The position numbers and the translations under genes were made by a program. A DNA stretch of 64,000 nucleotides, taken from the NCBI GenBank assembly GCA_965202985.1, contig CBDBCF010000001.1, forward strand, positions 224,001 through 288,000, given 5' to 3'. Positions 22,426-34,083 of this stretch are shown here, piece by piece (position 1 is the stretch's first letter; the number at the start of each line of letters is the position of its first letter). This DNA is from Longimicrobiales bacterium. Lineage in GTDB: Bacteria > Gemmatimonadota > Gemmatimonadetes > Longimicrobiales > Gaopeijiaceae. The notes under the pieces were generated by a model. That model was given only the letters and a program-made list of their open reading frames with translations. It was not told the DNA's origin and made no database searches.

Positions 22426-23187
22426 ATGAACGTTGCGCTCTTCGCCACCTGCCTGGCGGACCACTACTTCGCCGAGGCCGCCGCCGACGCGGTGCGACTG
22501 CTCCGCCACCTGGGCTGTCGGGTGGCGTTCCCCGAGGACCAGACGTGCTGTGGGCAGCCGGCCTACAACGCGGGTCGGCGCCAGGAAGCCGCGCGCATGG
22601 CGGGCCACGCGATCGACGTGTTTCGCGGCGCGGAGGCGGTGGTGCTCCCCAGCGGCTCGTGCGCGGCGATGGTCAAGAAGTTCTACGCGCAGGTGGCGGG
22701 CGAGCGGGCCGAAGAGGCGGGCGACTTGGCGTCCAGGACGTGGGAGCTGGGCGAGTTCCTGGTGCGCCGACTGGGCGTGACGCGGCTGGGGCGCGGGCTG
22801 GCGGGCCGTCGCGTCGCCGTCCACCAGGGTTGCCATGCGCTGCGCGAACTTCGCCTGGAGACGGAGCCGGAGACGCTCTTGACGGGCGCCGGCGCGATCG
22901 TGGCGCCGTGGGAGGCGGGCGACGAGTGCTGCGGCTTCGGCGGCCTGTTTTCGGTCAAGATGACGGACGTGTCGGCGGCGATGGCGGACCGCAAGCTGGA
23001 CACCCTGCCCGACGTGGACTGGCTGGTGTCGGGCGACGGCGGATGCCTGTTGCAACTGGAGGGGCGCAGCAGCGCGCGAGGCCTGGGCGTGGAGTGCGTG
23101 CACCTGGCGACGGCCTTGTGGCGCGGCATTCGGGACGGCAACAGCGTTCCGGACAGCGCAGACGGCGAAGACGATGCGCGTTCGTAG
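22426..23187 (+). CDS. lutA: Lactate utilization protein A (CCG domains)
   Basis: QTCCGQPAYNAG, SGSC, CCGFGGLFS. Confidence 0.9.
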   Translation: MNVALFATCLADHYFAEAAADAVRLLRHLGCRVAFPEDQTCCGQPAYNAGRRQEAARMAGHAIDVFRGAEAVVLPSGSCAAMVKKFYAQVAGERAEEAGDLASRTWELGEFLVRRLGVTRLGRGLAGRRVAVHQGCHALRELRLETEPETLLTGAGAIVAPWEAGDECCGFGGLFSVKMTDVSAAMADRKLDTLPDVDWLVSGDGGCLLQLEGRSSARGLGVECVHLATALWRGIRDGNSVPDSADGEDDARS

Positions 23188-24592
23188 CAACGAATACCGG
23201 ACCCGCTCGCAGGATATCATCCGCCGGGAACCCGAGGTGCGGGAGGCGGTCACCGGCGCCACGCTGGCGTTCGACGAGATGCGCCGGCGCGGCTACGCAG
23301 AAGTGGAAGCGGATCGGTGGCGCCGCTGGGCCGAAGCGGTCAAGAACCATCTGCTGACCCACCTGGACGACTACTTGGCCCAGGCGGAGGCCAGGCTGTC
23401 GGCCTCGGGCGCGCAAGTGCACTGGGCGGCCGACGCGCGCCAAGCCCGCGAGATCGTGATCGGAATCACCGCCGACGCCTCCGTGCGAAGCGTGGTCAAG
23501 GGCAAGAGCATGGCCACCGAGGAGATCGACCTGAACCCGGCGCTGGAGGCCGCGGGCATCGAGACCTTCGAGACCGACTTGGGCGAGTACATCCTGCAGC
23601 TCCTGGACGAACCGCCCAGCCACATCTTGGGACCCGCCATTCACAAGAACCTTGCGCAAGTCCGGCGCCTGTTCTCCGACCACTTGGGCACGCCAGCCGA
23701 GGGCCATCCCGACGCCCTGGCTCGGGCGGCGCGCCGCGTTCTGCGCAAGGCGTTCCTGCGCGCGGACATGGGCATCACGGGCGCCAACTTCGTCGTCGCC
23801 GAGACCGGCACCGTCGCGCTCATCGAGAACGAAGGCAACATCCGACTGGCCACTTCCCTGCCCCGCGTGCACGTCGTCTTGGCCGGCATCGAGAAGCTGC
23901 TGCCCCGCATGAGCGACCTTGCCGGGTTCCTGCAACTGACGGCGCGCGCGGGCACGGGCCAGCCCACCGGCTGCTTCGTGACGCTGGTGCAAGGGCCGGC
24001 GACGAGACGGGCGGACGCCGAGGGCGCCGGCAACGTGCGCGACGACGGCCCCGAGGAAGTCCACGTCGTCTTTCTGGACAACGGGCGAAGCACGGTCTTG
24101 GAGCACGAGCACGCCTGGGAGACGTTGCGCTGCGTGCGCTGCGGGGCCTGCCTGAACGCGTGCCCGGTGTATCGCCAGACGGGCGGCCACGCTTACGGCT
24201 GGGTCTATTCGGGTCCGATCGGGTCCGTGCTGGACCCCGGTCTGCTGGGGCTGGAGGAAGCGATGCCCCTTCCCTTCGCGTCCTCGCTGTGCGGGGCCTG
24301 CTACGACGCCTGCCCGGTGCGCATCCCCATCCCGGAGCTGCTCGTGCGCTGGCGCGAGGAAGCCCAGGAGCGCGGGCTGACGCCGATCTCGGAGCGCGCG
24401 GCCCTGTCGGCGCTGGCCGGCGCAGCGACGCGACCCGGCGTCTTTCGGCTGGCCGGGAAGGCGGGCACTCGTCTCGGGGGCGGGGCCGCGGCCAAGGCGC
24501 TCCCCATGTTGCGCGAATGGACCCACGACCGAGCGCCCCCCCGACCCAGCCCCCGCACCTTCCGCGAACTCTGGCGCGACGGGATCGAATGA
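23174..24592 (+). CDS. lutB: Lactate utilization protein B (Fe-S)
   Basis: KGKSM..EE, ETDLGEYI, ENEGN, CVRCGACLNACP, SLCGACYDACP. Confidence 0.93.
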   Translation: MRVRSNEYRTRSQDIIRREPEVREAVTGATLAFDEMRRRGYAEVEADRWRRWAEAVKNHLLTHLDDYLAQAEARLSASGAQVHWAADARQAREIVIGITADASVRSVVKGKSMATEEIDLNPALEAAGIETFETDLGEYILQLLDEPPSHILGPAIHKNLAQVRRLFSDHLGTPAEGHPDALARAARRVLRKAFLRADMGITGANFVVAETGTVALIENEGNIRLATSLPRVHVVLAGIEKLLPRMSDLAGFLQLTARAGTGQPTGCFVTLVQGPATRRADAEGAGNVRDDGPEEVHVVFLDNGRSTVLEHEHAWETLRCVRCGACLNACPVYRQTGGHAYGWVYSGPIGSVLDPGLLGLEEAMPLPFASSLCGACYDACPVRIPIPELLVRWREEAQERGLTPISERAALSALAGAATRPGVFRLAGKAGTRLGGGAAAKALPMLREWTHDRAPPRPSPRTFRELWRDGIE

Positions 24593-25221
24593 GCACTCGC
24601 CGACGCATCCTCGACCGCGTCGCCCGAGCAACGACGATGCGGCCCAAGACGCCGCATCCCGGTTCCCTGGCCACGCCCGAGCCGTCGGAGGGGCCGGAAG
24701 CGGCGTTCGCTGCCCGCTTCACGGCCAGTGGCGGAGAGGTGGCTGCGCGGGACCCAGGACGCCCCCCCGGCGAGTGGCTGACGGAGTTCGTCGCGGGGCC
24801 GGAGCTGGGCCTGGAACTCGAAGTCGGGGGCGTCGCCGTGGGGGCCGAGGTGCCGCCCCAGCTGCGGCCTGGGCAGCCCTTGGCGGCTCCGGAGAGGGCC
24901 GAGGTGGGCGTATGTCGGGCCTGGGCGGCCGTCGCCGAGACGGGCAGCTTGGTCCTCGAGTCCACGGGCGGGCGGGCGGTCCAGGTGTTGCCTCCGGTGC
25001 TCGTCGTGTGGGTGCCCGCCGGGCGCGTCTACGGACGGCTGGAAGACGCGCTGCTCGACCTGGCCGCCGACCTCCCCGCCGCCGCCGGGCTCCACTCGGG
25101 TCCCAGCAAGTCGGCGGACATCGGGCGCACGGTGGTCACGGGCGTCCACGGTCCGGGGCGTTGCGTGGCGGTGCTGGAGGGCGGGGACGGCTGGGGGCGG
25201 TCACGGCTTGGGCCACGGTAG
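24589..25221 (+). CDS. lutC: Lactate utilization protein C (LUD domain)
   Basis: AETGSL, SGPSKSADI, GVHGP; third gene of the operon. Confidence 0.88.
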   Translation: MSTRRRILDRVARATTMRPKTPHPGSLATPEPSEGPEAAFAARFTASGGEVAARDPGRPPGEWLTEFVAGPELGLELEVGGVAVGAEVPPQLRPGQPLAAPERAEVGVCRAWAAVAETGSLVLESTGGRAVQVLPPVLVVWVPAGRVYGRLEDALLDLAADLPAAAGLHSGPSKSADIGRTVVTGVHGPGRCVAVLEGGDGWGRSRLGPR

Positions 25222-25230
25222 CAGGCGGCC

Positions 25231-26076
25231 GTGAGGAACGCCGGGGTGCGGTCTCGACTACTGGTGTCGGCGACATTCGTTTGTGCGGCGACCAGTGCTG
25301 CGGGGTGCGGAGCGCCGGACGACCGGGGAAGCTTGTCGGACTTCTTTGTCGTCTCCGGCTCGTTGGTGGTCGCCGACACCACGTTCCGCAAGCTGCTGAG
25401 CGAGCGCGACTCCATTCGACCGTGGCGGGTCATGGGACTCGGTTCTCAGGCTTGGCTGTGGTCGCCTTCGCACGGCAAGCGGGCCGCCCAGGCTGCAACC
25501 GCGCTTCCCCGCAGCATAGGGGAAACGCCGTACTGGACCAGCTGGCACAAAGTCTACGGCGCCGTAGCCGGTTCTACTGTGTTCCACGCCGTCAACTTCG
25601 AGTACTTGATCCGGGTGTACGGCCCCGGGGGAGTCCTGGTCGACAGCATCGACGTTGCGCCCGAGTCGTGGCGACAAGCCCCGAGGCCGAGGGCCAGCGA
25701 GTTCGTGGTCGCAGGCGGGCAGGGCCTTGGACAGGATCGGGAAGCAATGTGCGCCTACCTGGAGGATGCCACCTTCATCACGGGGATGGCGGCGGTTTCC
25801 GACAGCGTGCTCGCAGTAGTTCATGGGCGCTATTCCGCGCCAGACATCGCGGACCCCGGTTGCGTCGGCGGGCCGTGGTCCATGGAAACCACCAGCGAAT
25901 ACGTCAATGTATTCGTAAACGGGGTCAATGTGGTCCGCGACGCCCCGGCGCCCGGAGAGATCCTGGGCTACGGGAGCGGTCGAATCGTGTTCGTTCGGCA
26001 CGCTGCCGATGCAGTCCACCACCACGATTCGAGCTACACGTTGGTCGAGTACAGAGCCGTATCGTCCAAGTACTAA
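25231..26076 (+). CDS. Hypothetical exported protein/lipoprotein
   Basis: Signal-like N-terminus ending AAGC, beta-rich sequence, lower GC. Confidence 0.55.
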   Translation: MRNAGVRSRLLVSATFVCAATSAAGCGAPDDRGSLSDFFVVSGSLVVADTTFRKLLSERDSIRPWRVMGLGSQAWLWSPSHGKRAAQAATALPRSIGETPYWTSWHKVYGAVAGSTVFHAVNFEYLIRVYGPGGVLVDSIDVAPESWRQAPRPRASEFVVAGGQGLGQDREAMCAYLEDATFITGMAAVSDSVLAVVHGRYSAPDIADPGCVGGPWSMETTSEYVNVFVNGVNVVRDAPAPGEILGYGSGRIVFVRHAADAVHHHDSSYTLVEYRAVSSKY

Positions 26077-26095
26077 TCCACCACTCGACGCACGG

Positions 26096-27154
26096 TCAGA
26101 CGGGGCCGTTCGCGGTCCGCGCCAGCAGCTTGTCGCCCGTGTCGCAGTCCACCACGGCGTCCGCCGCCTCGTCCACCAACTCCGAACCCGACGCCGCCAA
26201 GATGCGACGCAGCCGCTCCGCCGTCCCCGACCCGAACCGCCGCGCCGCCAGCCGAACCACCAGCGCCCGCTTCTCGGCCAACCCCTGTTCCAGCCCTTGT
26301 TCCAGCCCTTGCTCTCGGCCTTCTCGCCGGAGCTCCTCCGCTGCTTCCGCCGCCTGCCAGGACATGCCGCCTCCCTCCCTTGGGTGTCTGATCCGCTCCA
26401 CGATCCGCTCTCTCGTCGCCCGCGCCACGCCCATCGCCCGCGCCGCCTCCTCCGCCCACATCGCGTAGCCCTCCCGCACGCCCGCGTGCTCAGGACCGCC
26501 GTAGCGCGCAGCCAGAGCCTCGGTCACACGACCCAGGCTCCGCCAGTCCCGAACCAAGTCCACCAGCCACCGCAGCAGCGTGCCGTCCGCCGGCAAGTCT
26601 TGCTCCGCAGCCGACCTCGAGTCAAGGACCTCGTACAGGTGTGCGGTCTGGAGCCGGGCGGCGCTCGCAGACCCCGGCGGCGCCAGCGCGGCCACGCTCG
26701 TCAGCGCGCGCCACGGCTTGGGACCGACATGCAGCACCGACGACAGGACGGTGGGCGCGCCGCTGCCGTCGGGGTTTCTCCACTGCTCGCTGGCTTTGAG
26801 GAAGCGGTAGAGGTGGGCGACGTACTCGAGGCTTCGGAAGAGCATGTCGTAGCCGACGGCGGACTGGTACTCGACGTGGAAGACGACGGCGCGGCGGCGG
26901 TGGCGGAAGGGGACCCACCAAGCGGCGTCGGCGCGCCGGAGCTTGGGGCCGGGGGAGACGTGCTCGGTGGGCAGTTCGCGGATCGAGTCGAGGTCGAGTT
27001 CGCGGTGCCAGCCGCGAGCCATGAAGTCGCGGACCAATGACTGGGCGGCGAGGGGGTGGGCGAAGAACGACCTGAGGACCTCGTCGTGCCTGCGGGGGCG
27101 CTTGCGGCGAGGGGGTTGCCGGCCGTTCTCGGGCGGCGTGGGGTGCTCCGTCAT
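26096..27154 (-). CDS. Rpn/YhgA-like PD-(D/E)XK nuclease (putative transposase family)
   Basis: HD...R..F.HP, RRAD, HVEYQS, M.FR.LEY, EQG repeats, RRFG C-terminal domain. Confidence 0.85.
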   Translation of the reverse strand: MTEHPTPPENGRQPPRRKRPRRHDEVLRSFFAHPLAAQSLVRDFMARGWHRELDLDSIRELPTEHVSPGPKLRRADAAWWVPFRHRRRAVVFHVEYQSAVGYDMLFRSLEYVAHLYRFLKASEQWRNPDGSGAPTVLSSVLHVGPKPWRALTSVAALAPPGSASAARLQTAHLYEVLDSRSAAEQDLPADGTLLRWLVDLVRDWRSLGRVTEALAARYGGPEHAGVREGYAMWAEEAARAMGVARATRERIVERIRHPREGGGMSWQAAEAAEELRREGREQGLEQGLEQGLAEKRALVVRLAARRFGSGTAERLRRILAASGSELVDEAADAVVDCDTGDKLLARTANGPV

Positions 27155-27469
27155 GGGTTGCGGTCTCCGTTGGCGCTGGGAAGCTGGCGGGCTCGCGGGC
27201 GAACGCCGGCGGCCCGGCCTGCGAGGACCGGGCGAGTCCCGGACACGGAGCAAGATGGGACGAAAACTGGGCGCTTCCATGGCTGGATCGGCCCGTCTTT
27301 CGGCGACATCCGCTGGGCGGCCAGGAGGCCGCGAAAACGCCGTCGCCCGGGACGCTTCTCGGTCACGGGGTGCGCCCCGGACCCGCGTTCGGTACCTTCG
27401 GACTGTGGCCGCGCACCGACGCCGGCCCGAGACCAAGAAGCATCACCCGACGAAAGGACGACCAAGAAC

Positions 27470-28126
27470 GTGAGAATCCCTACCCGTGACGCCCGCCTTC
27501 CGTTCGCAACGCTGGCTTGCGCCGGACTCGCGCTGGCGATCGCCGCCTGCGCGCCGGCCGGCGACGAGTACGCGGAAGAGGCGGAGCAAGCCGACAACGC
27601 CGCCGCCGAGCACCCCGCTCCGCCCTCCATCTTCGCCGAGATCGCGGAGGACATCGCGACCGTCGAGGAGAAGCTGGTGGGCTTGGCCGAGGCGATGAAC
27701 CAGGAGCAGTACGGCTGGCGCCCCATGGAGGGCGTTCGGTCCACCGGCGAGATGTTCATGCACGTGACCGCGGACAACTACTTCCTGCCCGCGCTGGGCG
27801 GCGTGCCGGTCCCGGAGCACACCAAGATCGCGGCCCCGACCGACGAGAACGTCTACCAGACCGTGCTGGACTTCGAGGCCAGCATTACGGACCGGCAGGC
27901 CATCATCGACGAGATGAAGGCGTCGTTCGTCCACCTGCACGAGGCCCTGGCGGCCGTCGATCCGGCGATGGCGGGCCACAATGTCGAGTTCTTCGGCCAG
28001 ACCTCCACGGTGCAGGGCCTGTGGTTCCTGACCGCAGTGCACCTCCACGAGCACTTGGGCAACAGCATCACCTACGCGCGCGCCAACGAAGTCGTGCCGC
28101 CTTGGAGCCGCGGCGAGGGCGGATAA
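27470..28126 (+). CDS. DinB-family lipoprotein
   Basis: Lipobox IAAC, LAEAM...Y.WRP.EGVRS..E...H, H.HEHLG..I.YAR...VVPPWS. Confidence 0.82.
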   Translation: MRIPTRDARLPFATLACAGLALAIAACAPAGDEYAEEAEQADNAAAEHPAPPSIFAEIAEDIATVEEKLVGLAEAMNQEQYGWRPMEGVRSTGEMFMHVTADNYFLPALGGVPVPEHTKIAAPTDENVYQTVLDFEASITDRQAIIDEMKASFVHLHEALAAVDPAMAGHNVEFFGQTSTVQGLWFLTAVHLHEHLGNSITYARANEVVPPWSRGEGG

Positions 28127-28153
28127 GCCGCCCCGCCCACACGCACGCTTCCC

Positions 28154-29212
28154 ATGAACAAGCGCGATTTCCTCAAGACCACGGCCGCCGGCGCACTGGG
28201 CGCCTCGGCTCTCGGCGCCGCCGCCTGCGCCCCCCAGGTGTCCACCGCCCGCAGGTCGCCGATCCACTGGCGGCTCCAGACGTACGCCGGCGGCCCGCTC
28301 GCGGAGCACGTGGTCAAGCCCGCCGTCGATTCGTTCAACCGCATCGCCAACGGCGAGATGACGATCGAGCTCTTCGCCGCGGACGAGCTCGTGCCCACGG
28401 ACGAGCTGTTCGGCGCGTTGCAGGAAGGCGTGCTGGACGCGGTTCAGAGCGACGACGACTCCATGGCGTCGCCCGCGGACGTGGCGGCGTTCGGCGGCTA
28501 CTTCCCCTTCGCCACGCGCTACAGCCTGGACGTGCCCGTGCTCTTCCACCAGTACGGCTTGGCGGAGATATGGCAGGAGGCCTACGACGAGATCGACGGC
28601 GTGACGTGGCTCAGCGCCGGCTCGTGGGACCCCTGCCACTTCAACACGGTGAACCCGATCCGCAGCCTGTCCGACTTGCAGGGCCTGCGCGTCTTCACGA
28701 TGCCCACGGCGGGCCGCTTCCTGTCGCGCTTCGGCGTGGTGCCCGTCACGGTGCCGTGGGACGACGCGGCGGACGCGGTGCGCCGGGGCGAACTGGACGG
28801 CTTGGCCTGGTCCGGGATCACGGAAGACTACACCGCCGGCTGGGCGGACGTGACCAACTACTTCCTGACCAACAACATCTCCGGCGCCTGGTGCGGGTCG
28901 TTCTTCGCCCACACCGACTCGTGGGAGGCCCTGCCCGACCACTTGCGGGAGCTGTTCCGCGTGTGCATGGACAGCTCGCACTACTATCGCCTGCACTGGT
29001 ACTGGGGCGGCGAAGCGCGCCTGCGCACGGAGGGCGACAAGCTGCAACTCACGTCGATCCCCGACCAAGAATGGCAGCAGGTGGAGGACGAGGCCCTGAG
29101 GTTCTGGGACGAGATGGCGGCGGCCAGCCCCCGCGCCGCGCGCGTCGTGGAGATCCTGAAGGCGTACAACGCGACGATGGCCAGCGCTGGGCGGCCCTAC
29201 CGGTACTCCTGA
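28154..29212 (+). CDS. dctP: TRAP transporter substrate-binding protein (DctP/TakP-like) with Tat-like signal
   Basis: KRDFLK signal, WRLQT, DLQGLR; typical length. Confidence 0.85.
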   Translation: MNKRDFLKTTAAGALGASALGAAACAPQVSTARRSPIHWRLQTYAGGPLAEHVVKPAVDSFNRIANGEMTIELFAADELVPTDELFGALQEGVLDAVQSDDDSMASPADVAAFGGYFPFATRYSLDVPVLFHQYGLAEIWQEAYDEIDGVTWLSAGSWDPCHFNTVNPIRSLSDLQGLRVFTMPTAGRFLSRFGVVPVTVPWDDAADAVRRGELDGLAWSGITEDYTAGWADVTNYFLTNNISGAWCGSFFAHTDSWEALPDHLRELFRVCMDSSHYYRLHWYWGGEARLRTEGDKLQLTSIPDQEWQQVEDEALRFWDEMAAASPRAARVVEILKAYNATMASAGRPYRYS

Positions 29213-29276
29213 GCGACCTGCCGTACTCCTGAACCGTCCGAACGGGCGCAGGACGAACCGGGATCGAGCCGGCGCG

Positions 29277-30275
29277 TCAGCTCCCCGGCGCGAAGCGCGC
29301 CAGCACCGGCAGGTGGTCGCTCGTGGTCTCGCGGTAGCGGGGCACGTGTTCGTCCACGCGGTGAATCTGGGCCGACCCCGCTTCATACCACGCCATCGCC
29401 TCGTTGGACGCCAGGATGTGGTCGATCACGTCGTCGAACCCCAGGACCGACGTGGCGCCCCCGGCCCCCAGCCTCTCCGTGGGAAAGACCCACTCCGGCG
29501 CCGCGTCCAAGAACGCCCGGTACGGCGTGTCGCGTCCGGGCACGATCGATTCGTCCAAGTCGTCGTTCCAGTCCCCCGGCACCAGCACCGGCCGATCCGG
29601 CCACGTCGCGTCCAAGTAGGCGGCCAGCCCGGCAGCCGCCGCCCGCCGCCGCTCCCACGACTCGGCCTGGGCGTCGGCCTTGGCGTGCAATACCAGCACC
29701 ACGGCGTCGCGCGACCCGCCGCCCCCCGTTCCCGGCAGCAACCGCACCCGAGCCTCCAACGGCGGTCGCCCCGCGAACTCCCAGGCCAGCTCGGCAAGCA
29801 CGACGCGCGCCTCGCTCACCTCGACCGCCGACCGCTTGTACACCAGCCCGACCTTGAGCTCGCCCTCGTCGTAGGAATCGGCCCCGCCCTGCACGGACGG
29901 GTCGCTGGCCAGCAAGGCACCGTACCCCGGAAGCACTTCCAGCAAGGCCGCGAAGGCCGCGGCGCTCGTCACTTCCTGAACGGCCCACAGGTCGGCGTCG
30001 GTCCCCAGGATCACGTCCCGGACACGTGCCATCTGCAAGGCCTCGTCCGCTGGGCCGGAGTTCGGGGCGCCGAAGTGGAGCAGGTTCCAGGTGACCACGT
30101 CCAGCGTGGACGGCGTGCCCAGGGCGGGCACTTGGACGGGCGCGGGGATTGAGCCGGAGCCAGGATCGGGGGGATCGCCGGGGCCGTCGCCGGTGTCCAC
30201 GGGAGTGGAGGCGCCGGAGCAGGCTGCAGCGGCAACGATCGCAAGCAGGGCGACGGGGAGCGGCTTGGTCGGCAT
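29277..30275 (-). CDS. Endonuclease/exonuclease/phosphatase family lipoprotein
   Basis: TWNL, QEV, LHAKA, GDWND, IDHI, SDHLPV. Confidence 0.9.
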   Translation of the reverse strand: MPTKPLPVALLAIVAAAACSGASTPVDTGDGPGDPPDPGSGSIPAPVQVPALGTPSTLDVVTWNLLHFGAPNSGPADEALQMARVRDVILGTDADLWAVQEVTSAAAFAALLEVLPGYGALLASDPSVQGGADSYDEGELKVGLVYKRSAVEVSEARVVLAELAWEFAGRPPLEARVRLLPGTGGGGSRDAVVLVLHAKADAQAESWERRRAAAAGLAAYLDATWPDRPVLVPGDWNDDLDESIVPGRDTPYRAFLDAAPEWVFPTERLGAGGATSVLGFDDVIDHILASNEAMAWYEAGSAQIHRVDEHVPRYRETTSDHLPVLARFAPGS

Positions 30276-30380
30276 CGAGGAATGGCGGAGAGGGGCGTCG
30301 TGCGGGCGGGTTGCCACGCACGCAACGTATGCTCGAAAGTTACGCCGTTGCCGCACAGTCCCCCTGCGCCAAGATGAGTC

Positions 30381-31959
30381 ATGCGCTTCTTCAACACGAC
30401 CGGCCCGGTGGTGCCGGCGTCCCACTACCTCATTCCGCCGCTTGCGCGGGTGGACTTGCCCGCCATCCGACGGTTGATCGCCCAGCACCGCTACTTCGTA
30501 CTCCGTGCGCCCCGGCAGACGGGCAAGACGTCGGTGCTGCTGGCGCTTCGCGACCTGCTCAACGCCGAAGGCGGCCATCGCTGCGTCTACGTGAACGTCG
30601 AAAGCGCACAAGCGGCTCGCGAGGACATGACCAGGGTGGTGCGGACGGTGCGGAGCGGGCTGGCCTATCGGGCGCGCCGGACGCTGGACGACCATTACCT
30701 GCACGAGACTTGGCCCGACATCCTGGCCAAGCAAGGCCCCGACAGCGCCCTCTTCGAAGCGTTGGCGCACTGGACCGAAGCCGACGCAAGCCCGCTGGTC
30801 CTGCTGATCGACGAGATCGACGCGCTGGTGGGCGACGGTCTTCTGTCTGTGCTTCGGCAACTTCGGGCGGGCTACGACATGCGACCGAAGGGCTTCCCCC
30901 AGAGCGTGGTGCTCTGCGGCGTCCGAGATGTCCGGGACTACCGCATCCACTCGGGCTCGGCCGACACGATGGTGGCCGGAGGCAGCGCGTTCAACGTCAA
31001 GGCCAAGTCTCTGCGGCTGGGCGACTTCTCGCGGGACGACACGTTCGCGCTGCTGGGCCAGCACACCGACGAGACCGGCCAAGTCTTTGCGGACCAAGCG
31101 CTGGAGACCCTGTGGCGGCGCACCCAGGGCCAGCCGTGGCTGGTCAATGCTCTGGCCTACGAGGCGTGCTTCGAGGGCGCCGGCGCGGCGGACCGGTCGC
31201 GGCGGATCGAGGGAAGACGACGTGCTGGCGGCCCAGGAGTCTCTGATCCGGCGGCGCGAAACGCATCTGGACCAGCTGGCCGACAAGTTGCAGGAGGAGC
31301 GGGTGCGCCGGGTTGTGGAGCCGTTGCTGGCGGGCGCCGGCGAGGCCGAGTTCTCGGCCCGCGACCTGGAGTACGCGCGGGACTTGGGGCTGTTGGCGCA
31401 GGACAAGCCGGTTCGACTGGCGAACCCGATCTACGCCGAAGTCGTGCCCCGGGAGCTGACGTGGTCCACGCAGGAGACGCTGTCGCAGAACCCGGCGTGT
31501 TACGTGAATGCGGCGGGCGAGCTGAAGACGGCGAAGCTCTTGGCCGCATTCCAGGACTTCTTTCGAGAACACTCGGAGCACTGGATCGAGCGGTTCCAAT
31601 ACAAGGAAGCCGGACCGCAGCTGCTGCTACAAGCCTTCTTGCAGCGGATCGTGAACAGCGGAGGCCGAATCGAGCGCGAGTACGGCTTGGGGCGCGGACG
31701 GACGGACCTGCTGGTGATCTGGCCCCGGGACTCCGGGACGCAGAAGCACGTCATCGAGTGCAAGGTGCTTCACAAGGGCCTGGAACGCACGCTGGCCGAC
31801 GGCGTGGAGCAGACCGCGGGCTACATGGACCGCTGCGGGGCCGATGCCGGACACCTGATCGTCTTCGACCGGCGCGACGACCGAAGCTGGGACGAGAAGC
31901 TGTTCCGCCTGGACCGGACCGCCGCAGACGGCGCCGAGATCGCCGTTTGGGGGATGTGA
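30381..31959 (+). pseudogene. AAA ATPase with C-terminal PD-(D/E)XK-like domain, +1 frameshift near 31211-31213
   Basis: MRFFNTTGP, APRQTGKT, IDEID, TQGQPWLVN in one frame. THLDQL, REYGLGRGRTDL, IECK in the next. Confidence 0.82.
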
Positions 31960-32011
31960 GTCGACCTCCACGGGCAAGCGACCGCGCCGCGTTCGCGCCG
32001 CCGACGCGCTC

Positions 32012-32413
32012 TTATCCCTCGGGCGCGGCTGCCCCTCCGGCGCCCAGCACCTTCGCCACGACCACGCCGGCAACCCCGTACATCAAGGTGCCGATCACCG
32101 CGTCGCGAATGACCGCAGTCAAGTCGGGTCCCATCTCCGGCTCCATCGTGCCCATGAGCGAGAACCCGATCGCGAGCCCGAGCAGGACCCCGAACCCGGC
32201 GCTCGCCATGAAGGCGTCTCCGGCGCCCGTGGTGCCCCGCCAGCTCAGCACGAGGGCGAGGACCGCGCCGATGAACACCGACCCCAGCCCGATCGCCCAA
32301 ATGACGGGTTCCGCCGCCGCGCCCGAGTCCTGAATGAGGAACCCGTAGATGATCCATCCGAGGACGAAGTAGACCGCCCCGCCCACCACGCTCGCCGCCA
32401 CGCACTTGCCCAT
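32012..32413 (-). CDS. Small multi-pass membrane protein
   Basis: Four hydrophobic helices; GGAG RBS upstream. Confidence 0.7.
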   Translation of the reverse strand: MGKCVAASVVGGAVYFVLGWIIYGFLIQDSGAAAEPVIWAIGLGSVFIGAVLALVLSWRGTTGAGDAFMASAGFGVLLGLAIGFSLMGTMEPEMGPDLTAVIRDAVIGTLMYGVAGVVVAKVLGAGGAAAPEG

Positions 32414-32577
32414 CTTCTCGATCTCCCTTGCCGGTGTGAAGTCGTCGTGCGAACAAGGGCTAACGTGGGACTGGCAAGGCGGCGCGGCAAGTGGAATGGT
32501 TCCGGGCGCTCGCCGGAGGTGCCGAATGGTCGCGTTCGGTTGGATTTGGGAGGTTCTCGGGCCGTCGTGACAGATTC

Positions 32578-32607
32578 TTTGACAAATTCCCCGGTCAATT
32601 TGTCAAA
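32578..32607. promoter_or_regulatory. AT-rich inverted repeat TTTGACAAATT-N8-AATTTGTCAAA
   Basis: Perfect 11-bp arms in a GC-rich intergenic region. Confidence 0.5.
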
Positions 32608-32699
32608 TCGCTCGGTCCCGGCAGCAAATCGCGCCGGCACGCAGACGGCGATGCGCCCCACGCCCCGCCCCTCTGTCGCGCCTCTGGACGCACCCGGGC

Positions 32700-33791
<1,092 letters not shown>

Positions 33792-34083
33792 CGCGTGCCC
33801 TCTGCGCTGGGCCGCATGTCCACGACCTCCTTCGAGGGATGTCGGGGGCCGATGTCGATCAAGATGTGCACTGTCGTCTCCTTCGCCGTGGGGGCACTCG
33901 CGGGGCTGTTCACTTAAGTCGCCGGAGGCGCTCGGTCAACTGTCCGGTGAGAGGGCGGCACACGGACCAGTCGAATGCTGGCCGCACGCAGGTCTTTCAC
34001 TGACGGTCCGATTCAACCATCCACCCGATTGCGGTGTCGTGCTATCTTCCCGCCCACCTCTCGAGCCTCGGACGACACGACCA

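Noticed and set aside
26281..26315. 12-bp tandem repeat as an independent element
   Set aside because: Encodes the usual EQG repeats of Rpn proteins.
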